Below, piece after piece: positions 47,501-52,250 of a stretch of 59,250 nt of DNA. Source of the DNA: an uncultured virus (IMG/VR IMGVR_UViG_3300043442_000948) (taxonomy: Duplodnaviria; Heunggongvirae; Uroviricota; Caudoviricetes); IMG/VR virus record IMGVR_UViG_3300043442_000948, one strand, 5' to 3'. The first letter of the stretch is position 1, and each line of letters starts with the position of its first letter. The position numbers and the translations under genes were made by a program. The notes beneath the pieces were generated by a model. That model worked only from the letters and a program-made list of their open reading frames with translations, had not been told where the DNA came from and did not search any database.

Positions 47501-47913
47501 TCGCAGTTATTGACGGGCTGGATACCATCACCATCAGGTAAAACATGGAATTGCACCGGCAGGGCCAGCAGAAGATTTAGAACAAGCAGCCCGCTTATGC
47601 GGGCAATGCGGGCTGGCGGGAGCGCCAGCTGGGGATTGGTAGCTGCGTCGATGGCAGCGTTAAATTCATCAAAGGTTCGCTGACGACGGGCTTCGGCATC
47701 AGCTGCCACTGCGGGGAGTCGCAGTTGGGTGGGAGCAGTGAAAGGTGTACTGCTGGGGGTAGACTCATCCCATGGTCCGAAATCACATATCGGAGTGTCC
47801 CACGGGTCGGCAATATAAATGTTTAAACAACCACCTATCAGAAAGCCGATGTGTGTGGGGCTGATTGCAGCGGTGATAGCGGAAGCAGCAACAGAGAATT
47901 GTTTGAAAGACAT
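35554..47913 (-). CDS. giant 4119-aa multidomain protein: NADAR-like domain, putative two-barrel RNA polymerase, C-terminal Pif1-like SF1B helicase
   Basis: Uninterrupted ORF, AGGA before ATG 47913; LSN..F.G..Y..SE.AYQA.K..M..IL.AK..QH (43141-43497); KIRSSVAKG..VDVVY (41101-41208); RAP (39532-39540); GDDDGD (39298-39315); GKAGTGKT (36859-36882), VIDEVSM, VGDGGQL, RQ, NG.RG, TINSCQGLT, YVMLSR. Confidence 0.8.
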   Translation of the reverse strand: MSFKQFSVAASAITAAISPTHIGFLIGGCLNIYIADPWDTPICDFGPWDESTPSSTPFTAPTQLRLPAVAADAEARRQRTFDEFNAAIDAATNPQLALPPARIARISGLLVLNLLLALPVQFHVLPDGDGIQPVNNCDLRREWAESLVKKVRATIPTITTPTVDDVTTVIATARDNHKQARRVLNRARFSLVSVTHLLARRNGTPRRGGKGFIAKTYIARTVRAKQMNSRKINQMIARANRKRRQKYSGSKLSRPLTTKQRAAARKQRKIKTVWKADRLGYFEWLRIYAHRGGQVTKVTTYKVVTPPVKRTTVTTVTTQRPVTRTMKSDALRQGNSRFQLANGVETPMAKTGKFRRTRRTEDELPLSVHYRRMMADGSYNRRKDGQSALNHLYGGVKRDQQKDWKPCWTYEPLFEEGPVGEEDQFDEWDDPLEPWQEDYHQHQLAVEAYQRAAEVMDELFAWQLVDVQDMVAETVVNTVRCEYGAVGDLQMQLVPIVDVLPLPDETASMLALIKAQYGIRLTHKEWKDRQLTKERAKELGSRSPKLSKVLINAGVPADKVSKLLSVDTNGKSKVWETEEYALYDQGNSIYYKSCQRTEEFDPKGYDLDLIEIDGDKKFYGASLFLWTVGEPWSIDGKGYQARAKLRLMYADADYTEVSGLFVDRVYGSVELLNSKLHELADWWHRTCLARGYKHGLPILSGEYGLVGVNADGLAENPLSGEKRTDGHYLMYCPSNSAGYQDSFGDSFGPYDVYDLGANKSLTYRTYTTRAKQGKCYVHELEKVSYNPQTGVIEAPKYVLPGRQINRRAIDLLIGHFGRPNSDLIHDPENKRVGMDVNGFTYYVRTLGTDDYHVEDVAGNTYLAYQHNVQRLEVARPSEKMGYEKAVPIQEGWLFQTISEMIYAKEEKEVKYWTGDSISLIIQNRRASGTVRGTIYFDICVPGEDGPLYHTEEVGYWSIDLTTGDRLFQVVMNTWQFGRPQLLENKPAKHRYRGLDQENLFMDDWFFGDLDGEPLVPVVPITIQAQADAIMASAKAKYGAGDLQMNMNGVPADAGATAGGRPVSPTSDAVNQQSGVKKVEGEPNLKEVNMVNEIIDCLFGTKIVARMSNTLAFNDAHVLGYSVGFVPLMRNDANEIIPCNLNLPVRGQFDTETYFEELGLPNVVNEKHKLNHTGLGNLMGDDEPVMVFLARAYRTGAPTCANFFFGTKGWYRNSNIRNAQIQLVFNELNKIEDKLAMTAHVDVTPTVLSTDRRRKLKELLLNGTEPKQLGSNVIKSDGLLNCMPEANKRYWFMVVAEVNGVHGFGKATDADAEFDPRFKQRQLNVDVVNGQVVGDVKNHKKVIQSRFYCNHMTFLSVDDPGAMFDPSAITHFNSHCYEAIVDTLYGDGFLRQTKTTKAMFPQSDFVDTKVKGDPRLDLCEYGRSWLVEGLDKGFKNGPTSILTEVNLGKPPVAQVEVTKKEEVAPTKPEVPVGINISSYETGLGHQLSNLAALPIKFFGVDYKRSEDAYQATKVSLESLADDNVLGLMVEILEAKLVQHRPLLQAISDHGGAKFLAGCTHNLIKNGQLVKAPDRWTGKDGLFMQALRKAYDNLVNGGPEYQRSVYNASVKPDMTSLADALTPPPAVDTSMADELKAYYAALTTVDSKQLNAVNWQDFSMEKFAGWVSSNTVTKEGTMNLNYGLRPAAYACHAYLAACIGVDPIGNLPMMSGYNWQVGHFEALVNIIRSYLIDPDDATDTTNADKIIKFVDNAINIEDGSLVYIIDDIGVVDNDRTRMFKGVIDVLWENKKTKKGMVKVVHDVVATSSYGAFMRFFYYGYIALLSGKLMSCMDSRTISSNLKAFHTKYDKYFPVTSDGTVNMTGPTIHAEACGFNIVGTMLTTETKKVEGKEVEVQTIHKPELMTVVNGKVKVKDFAGAGSEKLTTNYGGYRLRGEVKDSGILETVIFRIAECYSMGFSFNKGTGLRGDLVHVDCGLLAKHAKKWYARLKKRVAKLGYSGDLAGFFVNLNTKVEKGSKRILLRAATSVPSGCVIDVEGRPLLAAALENGRGIKYDNQAARTVPPGFYGIRGGYRSYTQERDLIGTAQRVILGMTIIGPAGEAWHVSGKKHRPTGFVTKKMSYKSSMYKRGAGLHIDTGTILMGCGYDVTQESKYGVNYTYYRPKALQEVGCGDVLAHVDTSVMLEGNRPYLRAIKQTRDIKGYLEWVRTYEVCSMVGGKEGTQLVVEWAITWKEDWPKIRSSVAKGMLASVKKEFIFNADNPGVTERLVDVVYTQDVIKADTLHWLIPIMGHTFVLNPDCVHPEFLWMVNRAMDINFEVQGRRHLDYLVECPVAIADGLYDELQQRFCAFFGRQITVDWQQLGAGDYGTELLKEYAAATKIGKMYNVTNCTRLRQDEEGAELNRDIIVYSDVNFNDPTVYGTEAEERANIFWFYMNPNHTKVLRYKQRSWAMVGREDCDCPIYDVVLFESSTVKEAAGESTQLGSSMRSNYRLLGCDTIREIMMGQAVRALEEPYRAKLLCAGYDGSMGTAGNKVINLCSWKTEKVRGDFVSKAVPNQQGLAEVHALLAGIDLNDPEDNLLFERICFALRNVILRVETTSARALKDNHLVKPKTDDEDVYFDADFDAEYGEDTTTKVGHIDIYAPLLFNLNSLKSGEESLDTMSGMLFYQYLIVLLAGQMPNGVDVNRIRGKLRALVESGNTAKNINGDTLVGGKALSLPNIPTWMLLISDTGRQFDLMSRHVRGYEHPAFDHETGEYTEDVIKHRLNDCPTFAQAVSKGHKAYKTPIFNHETRAPMPDGPLVLTTLLPNTVKELENFYYAPSDLEYIEYRDGQPLVDRKTKEPIVRVDSIYPDVRITSAIAHNMMTAGDDDGDGTYGAILPWKDAATKARLFAALTTAESALEFRANAVGRNEGESAFDVMLRKGCYWGDYMMPKNGRSRYKIAEQLGSYICVGGAVQHSVKDIELYKEENGVIVTTKDEKGKEQPVVLRTVTSYSAINARAREVFATMVGVSYGIYQMAEAIVDIVTALTKAGIEVPARFQWAVSDRAFLIVSAVAELYETILGAYSTAAWHMWKSFMEKIAKPKTIEKRKVANYITESTLPAFAEAVEDIGCNHTLAAAMANCFNVVADVKCWEKGNLYGEHAWAGAGLSEFIMYTALAQFEMGRGKWVGYFKGYLNGENEWDECKVGAHQFISRQLYHWFALGNSINGLEIPEGAFDHSHVLWVMRKIFQPEVLGDVLTHMPGAGYIFADKDGVRPAMDYFRYKLELRAGKQEDNNMELDPIVDITATVVESKPELTPVQEITWLNQELTNVNNGPKTEVPDEVQDDLGVDFYDREMPDCPDDYDDGWCGEYEDDGKEVSWNEINNAIATAEQPAEVAPEPADEDQDDRIYDELDAAYFDDEVSTEELNAAINGTTPAAVVTTEPIADPEPVVVVQQPVSPVVSPLAHVATSDELLANFKAEAEAIAKRKAEEQAYVKRLAEAEAVVANLRAQFGEEAVAELLSKFGYTNPTNGSCSDDKNEPEEPTGGSPTPKPEPKPSGDGGEAASPEPVQQITTTADSISHESAEPSGASSVLEPIINPTPNGVIATEEEEIAEDGTVTMVQTIDVEATPVVDNKKKEVTIVPTLEEATAMTVMSVKAPALPVKVEFTPGNYTTCQQKFMDLVAEGHHVFLTGKAGTGKTYITSECIHRWAAAGDKVVAFGTTGISVMNLAGNLEDGAVEASGTVNSGFALGIAFDSDDRGNENDWQWANKLIALAKVNDYVKENLTCKTGRLRVVIDEVSMLDARILYIVMEIIKYYNPLAQVLLVGDGGQLPVIGEDAVKFYKQAVIDGYLGTLPYMFGEFKVIELQTGVRQKDDRAFEEALDHLRETGEVTGVILERFKQCLEGLRPSNLDDVTYIYFNNKRVEDINERRTAEMTTAKRTYGGQVVYKAATNDKWLREFRPIPVDLTLAIGMPVKLRKNIYQIINSKKTLIAANGSRGRVTKLATNHVEVDFGDGKPLAIGAHEFVGRRLPNGTLSGIFIQLPLHADFATTINSCQGLTLTNPGVCGVFEDIKGETVALTREAALYVMLSRFTKIEDVYFDVSDPRAVNWFIGSQGHVDKEYFEWLKANRH
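37360..37376. repeat. dispersed palindrome copy 5 (inside CDS)
   Basis: GCACGAACCGTTCGTGG. Confidence 0.8.
47243..47259. repeat. dispersed palindrome copy 6 (inside CDS)
   Basis: GCACGAACGGTTCGTGC. Confidence 0.8.
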
Positions 47914-48029
47914 GATGTTTTTCCTACTTGACTTGGTTGAGTTTGGGTTAACGACGTCCATGCTTTTAACCGGAGCTTGACTGAACCGGGCGCACCTAAG
48001 CAAAAACCGACGCGGCTGTTAATTAGTGA

Positions 48030-48078
48030 TGTAATCCACTCGGCTTGCGCCGAGCCTTGATGTATTACAAAGGCTAAG
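48030..48078 (-). promoter_or_regulatory. conserved pseudoknotted RNA element, copy 2 (leader of giant ORF)
   Basis: AGCCTT/AAGGCT stem, CGGC-GCAA-GCCG hairpin, TGTAAT/ATTACA pseudoknot. Confidence 0.55.
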
Positions 48079-48201
48079 GAACAGACGAATCGGCTGTTGG
48101 TGGCATTAAAATACCCTCCAAAGGAGGGTACTCACCAAACCACCAGCAGAACCAACTCAATGAATGAGTGGGTCTACTGGTGGAAAGTGATTAGTTATTT
48201 G

Positions 48202-49206
48202 TTATTTGTCGCCCACTAATGCAGCGACTTCGTTTGGGTTGTAAACCCGCCCGTCGTCGTCCGCCCATGGGTCGTCCACGGGGGTGTCAGCTGACGGGGG
48301 TGCAGCTACTTCCCCATTACCTTTAGTTACCGTTACCACACCAGCAGGAGTAGGAGTGGTAGTAGGAGTGGTAGTAGTAGTAGCCGGCGGGTCAGTCAAG
48401 ACCGGTGCTTCCTGTTGGACGGGAGGGGCACTGGTTTCTTGGCTTGGAGTTTCAACTGGCAGGTATTTAGACCAGACGTCTTTTTTCCAGCCATGTTTTA
48501 CCATCACCACAGCAGTACGCTGCACCCACTCCAAGGCCGCAGCTGAAGCTGACGCTTTTTTGGCTAGCGTGTCCTCCCGAAGGATTAACGCGTTACCAGC
48601 GCGTTTTTGCCCGGCGTCACCGCCTTTAAAGAGTTCTGTTAACTCTTTGATCAACTCTGGTGTTGGCGTTGGATCAGCAGGACGCTGGCGTTTGTTACCA
48701 CCGCCACCATTGCTGGTTTTGGTTTCCTCCTTCTTCTGTTGCTTGGTTTCTTGCTGAACCTGTTTTACAGGTGGCGTTGGGGTTACCCCTTTTGCCATAT
48801 CTAGCAAGAACAGGTGGCGCTGTTCGGGAGTCATGGCGTGCATCGGTTTTAACGCTGCCTCTACAGCTGCCACTTTTTCGTTGTGTTGAGCTGTAACCTT
48901 GCGGTCATTCTCAATTTCAACCGTTAGCTGAAGCAAGGACTGCTGGGTTGCTTTCATACGTTCAGCCAAGCGTTTTGCTTCAGCCTTGGCTTTCGCCTCG
49001 GCTTCAGCCGTTTTCTTCACTTCCGCTTCAGCAACTACAATTAGCTGCTGGTCTGCGGTTAACTGGAGGCCTGCGTTGGGACATTCCGAAGAACGACCCC
49101 CGCGGCAGTAACCGCACTTACCGCAGGAGCGACCGCCTTTGCCTGAAGACAAAGCGGAACCGAAAGCAGAGATAGCAGAACCGAAAGCGTTTAGTAAGTT
49201 AGCCAT
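48202..49206 (-). CDS. hypothetical protein with Cys4 zinc loop, coiled coil and Pro/Thr-rich tail
   Basis: CGKCGYCRGGRSSECP; AAGGA RBS. Confidence 0.8.
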   Translation of the reverse strand: MANLLNAFGSAISAFGSALSSGKGGRSCGKCGYCRGGRSSECPNAGLQLTADQQLIVVAEAEVKKTAEAEAKAKAEAKRLAERMKATQQSLLQLTVEIENDRKVTAQHNEKVAAVEAALKPMHAMTPEQRHLFLLDMAKGVTPTPPVKQVQQETKQQKKEETKTSNGGGGNKRQRPADPTPTPELIKELTELFKGGDAGQKRAGNALILREDTLAKKASASAAALEWVQRTAVVMVKHGWKKDVWSKYLPVETPSQETSAPPVQQEAPVLTDPPATTTTTPTTTPTPAGVVTVTKGNGEVAAPPSADTPVDDPWADDDGRVYNPNEVAALVGDK

Positions 49207-49249
49207 GAGATTGTATCCTTGGCAGATGTACTGCCAATAAAGTTAATAA

Positions 49250-49325
49250 GCCACCTTCTTTAATGTCTTACAGGTGGCAAAAGACAGCACCGTACAGCTT
49301 TAAGGTCTCTGTGATGCAATAGACC
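49250..49325 (-). other. two tandem H-type pseudoknots in 5' leader
   Basis: GTCTT/AAGAC + GCCACCT/AGGTGGC; GGTCT/AGACC + ACAG/CTGT and GCATC/GGTGC. Confidence 0.5.
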
Positions 49326-49505
49326 AAATCAAACCCCCGTTTTGCACTAAAACGGGTAAAAGTCCCCACTGCCGTTGGAATCACTTCCATTGGTTTTATG
49401 CGCGCCAAGGCCCTTGCGGGCGGGTCATCACGCCTGTTTACACGGTCCAGCTGACCTACACCTCATCCCACACATGCCCGCAGCGAAGCGGTTGTCTAGG
49501 GCAAT

Positions 49506-49534
49506 AAAAAACCCACCCCCGTAAGGGGTGGGTT
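49506..49534 (-). terminator. intrinsic terminator
   Basis: AACCCACCCC-TTACG-GGGGTGGGTT then T run. Confidence 0.7.
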
Positions 49535-49539
49535 ATTCT

Positions 49540-50187
49540 TTATATTTTGAAGTTGCACTTTATTAATGCTTCTTCTAGGGTGTCTATGTACACACCCCCT
49601 ATACGCTGCTGGGTTTTCCACCAGCGACCTGGATATAGGTTCTCCCAATACCCAGTCCATGATATTCGGGTACCATTTAAATACCCATCTCCATCCTTAT
49701 CAACCCGGATGTGCTCCAGGATTGGGTAGAAGAAGATAAACATCTCTAAGGGCATGTCTTCTACCCACTTCGCCCAATTCGATAGGCCTTCCTTGAAGGT
49801 ATCGGGCGTTATTTCATCCCGAGTTTCATAGAAGACGACTTCCACTGTCGGGCCCTCCCCTACCCAGCACCCTTTTATATCAGGAGTTCGTAGGGCCCAC
49901 TCCTTATCGGAGTTGGGGTCTAATGTGTACCCCCGTAGGTCTTCGGGGAGCCGTGCTGGGCAGCACGTTAATAGTTTGGCAGTAGGGCCTGCTTCTTCAA
50001 TAGCCTTACGGAATGCAGCTGCGCACTCCAATCTTGTTACCCCTGTAACAGGGTTTAGGGCGTTGTGCCCTACGATATAGATGTTCCCATCTATATCATG
50101 TGTTATAGTTACCCCTTTCGAGGTGAACTCCTTGGCCTGTGCGGCCTGGGAGGTGGACACGTAGATGGAAGTAGATTTGGTATACAT
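49540..50187 (-). CDS. hypothetical protein
   Basis: 215-aa ORF flanked by ~31-bp direct repeats at 49489-49519 and 50219-50249. Confidence 0.75.
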   Translation of the reverse strand: MYTKSTSIYVSTSQAAQAKEFTSKGVTITHDIDGNIYIVGHNALNPVTGVTRLECAAAFRKAIEEAGPTAKLLTCCPARLPEDLRGYTLDPNSDKEWALRTPDIKGCWVGEGPTVEVVFYETRDEITPDTFKEGLSNWAKWVEDMPLEMFIFFYPILEHIRVDKDGDGYLNGTRISWTGYWENLYPGRWWKTQQRIGGVYIDTLEEALIKCNFKI

Positions 50188-50328
50188 GGTAAATCCCTAG
50201 TCCGGGGAAAAGAAGAACCGGCTGTCTAGGGCAATAAAATACCCACCCCTTGCGGAGTGGGTGGGTGGGTAGTGCAGGTATTATTAACGTCCCCCTGCAC
50301 AGGGACGGCAAGCAGCTTAGGAGGGGTA

Positions 50329-50469
50329 TTAACACCCACCCCCTAGCTGTTTGCAGATTGCATCGACGCGGCTAGGAGCCGCTTGTTGTTGTTGGAATTT
50401 AGGGGCCGCTTGGCCAAAGGCGGCCAAGATGATGATAGAAAATACAACGATCAGAGATAGACGTACCAT
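50329..50469 (-). CDS. 46-aa exported microprotein
   Basis: AGGAG RBS; MVRLSLIVVFSIIILAAFGQAAP...CKQLGGGC. Confidence 0.55.
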   Translation of the reverse strand: MVRLSLIVVFSIIILAAFGQAAPKFQQQQAAPSRVDAICKQLGGGC

Positions 50470-50570
50470 TTGGTACTCCTGGCACTCACGTAGTTCCCAC
50501 GAAGCCGTTAGTTCTGATAAGCCCGGTCTAGCTTATGACTTAGCCGTTACTAAGCCCGGAATTTCTCAAC

Positions 50571-50810
50571 TCCAAGGCGGGGTATAGGTATAAATCACAT
50601 AAACAATGTCATTTAGAAAGCTGATAAAAAAAGTCCCCAGCTCCGCCCCCTACCCCCGGAATGGAGCTCAATTCCAAGGCGGGGTATAGGTATCTCAATC
50701 ACATAAATAGAGTCACTTGGAAAATTGCAGTATTTTTGTCCCAGCTCCGCCCTACCCCTGCTGGTTATATAGAAAAAATCGTTATAAAAAAATGCAGGAG
50801 CTCCGTCCCC
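50571..50810. repeat. imperfect ~102-bp tandem repeat (two copies plus partial)
   Basis: TCCAAGGCGGGGTATAGGTAT at 50571 and 50673; AATCACATAAA in both units; CCCAGCTCCGCCC at 50636 and 50740; GAGCTCCGTCCCC ~50798. Confidence 0.8.
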
Positions 50811-50962
50811 ACTGGTTGGTTATTACTGGACTTAGACTTAATACTTCTTCACACAGTCTAAAAATAGAGGGGGTTGGTTATTACCTAGGGTGGAAGTATA
50901 CGTAGGTTGTTGGGTAGGGGGCCCTAAGGCTTATGATTTACTTTCAAGGGCTAATGATGATT

Positions 50963-51229
50963 ATGAGTAAAGTAAAAACTACAATTACGATTACAGTCCC
51001 TCTGGAAGTGGCAGAAAGATTAAAAAAGGGGGCCCAGGCTCAAAGCGCGGGCCGGATGGGGGATTATATTATTTACTTACAGGAGTTTTATGACATGCAG
51101 CACCTGGATGATTTGGCGTCGCGTTTAAGTAAAGTAGCTAAAGCTGGTTTTAACCTACAGCAGATTGCTTACTTTAGTGTCCTGCGGACGGTTGTTGATG
51201 TTATTGCGGGCCGGATGGGGGTTCGTTGA
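50963..51229 (+). CDS. ribbon-helix-helix-like DNA-binding protein
   Basis: KTTITITVPLEVAERLKKGA alternating beta strand then helix; start could be 50933-50963. Confidence 0.55.
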   Translation: MSKVKTTITITVPLEVAERLKKGAQAQSAGRMGDYIIYLQEFYDMQHLDDLASRLSKVAKAGFNLQQIAYFSVLRTVVDVIAGRMGVR

Positions 51230-52243
51230 TTAAAGGAACCGATGGAGGTATGAGCCGGCGCTGCTAAGGTTAAGTGTTAGGTTACTTTGAGTTGTTTGCT
51301 GAGCAAAGATATTAACTTTTAACTTAGTGCTGGATAGGAAGTTGGTACGAATGGGTTTTCCTAATCCACCTAACATCCGGCTCATGGGAGCAACTCGGTT
51401 AGCGGTGCCGGCGTTGATAAACATAATCTGATTGCCGGCGGGGTCTGTAATTATCTTGTGTTGCCAGGAGTCCAAACCTTCTATCTTTTGGATGCCCACC
51501 GGGCGCTTCCTGCCGTCGGCTAGTATCTGCTCTAAACACAACCAAGTGTTTTCATCAGGGCGTAGGAAAGCCGCGCGGTCGTCTGCGATATAGTCTGCAG
51601 TTAGTAGGTTTTTATTATCCAGCATGTCTTGGAGAGAAGTGACCGCGCCGAAGGGGCTGGATAAGGAATACACCCGGATGGTTCCCTGCATATCTTTGGG
51701 GAAGTAGATAAAGACTTCGTTAATATCAGTGGCTTTTTCTACAGCGACTTGGCTTTCTAGAGATGTTAGGAAGCGGTCGTTGAATTCAAGACCCATGCTT
51801 TGACAGATTAACAGTTGGGCTAGCACTGGGCCGGTGGGGCTGTTGAAACTGATAAAGTAGCGGTCGCCGTGTTTGGAGTTCTGGGCTAGCAACCGTTCTT
51901 TTTGAGTGGCTCCCCAGTAAAAAGCTTTTTCGTCTTTATAGGTACGCTCGGTACACTTACCCCGGTAAACCAACCGCCAGTCGTTGTCTAAGACGTTATA
52001 AATAACATTCTTTTGGTAGCCGAGCACACCCATGTCAAAAAGATAATATGGCAGCGGTTCTTCATCTCCGCCGCCGAAGGGAATAAACTCAAAGGGCGAA
52101 GCCGTAAAACTGTAGCCGTTGAAATTAGCGATGTCTAAGATTTGCTCTTCGGGTAATAGATACTTAACTAAATCCAGACCGCCAAAGTGTTGGAAAACGC
52201 GGTCTATCTTAGGTTTGAATACGGCAAGAGCAGAGGTAGTCAT
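51230..52243 (-). CDS. hypothetical protein, probably virion module
   Basis: 337-aa ORF at the end of an operon with baseplate-like genes. Confidence 0.75.
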   Translation of the reverse strand: MTTSALAVFKPKIDRVFQHFGGLDLVKYLLPEEQILDIANFNGYSFTASPFEFIPFGGGDEEPLPYYLFDMGVLGYQKNVIYNVLDNDWRLVYRGKCTERTYKDEKAFYWGATQKERLLAQNSKHGDRYFISFNSPTGPVLAQLLICQSMGLEFNDRFLTSLESQVAVEKATDINEVFIYFPKDMQGTIRVYSLSSPFGAVTSLQDMLDNKNLLTADYIADDRAAFLRPDENTWLCLEQILADGRKRPVGIQKIEGLDSWQHKIITDPAGNQIMFINAGTANRVAPMSRMLGGLGKPIRTNFLSSTKLKVNIFAQQTTQSNLTLNLSSAGSYLHRFL

Positions 52244-52250
52244 TGTGGTG

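Noticed and set aside
35591..47813. Many short ORFs (mostly plus-strand) overlapping the giant gene, and similar shadow ORFs elsewhere such as 4082-4468 and 25817-26287
   Set aside because: Antisense or alternate-frame shadows of well-supported genes, without RBS or motifs
50571..50810. CRISPR mini-array
   Set aside because: Sequences between the 21-bp repeats are themselves homologous, so it is a tandem duplication rather than unique spacers
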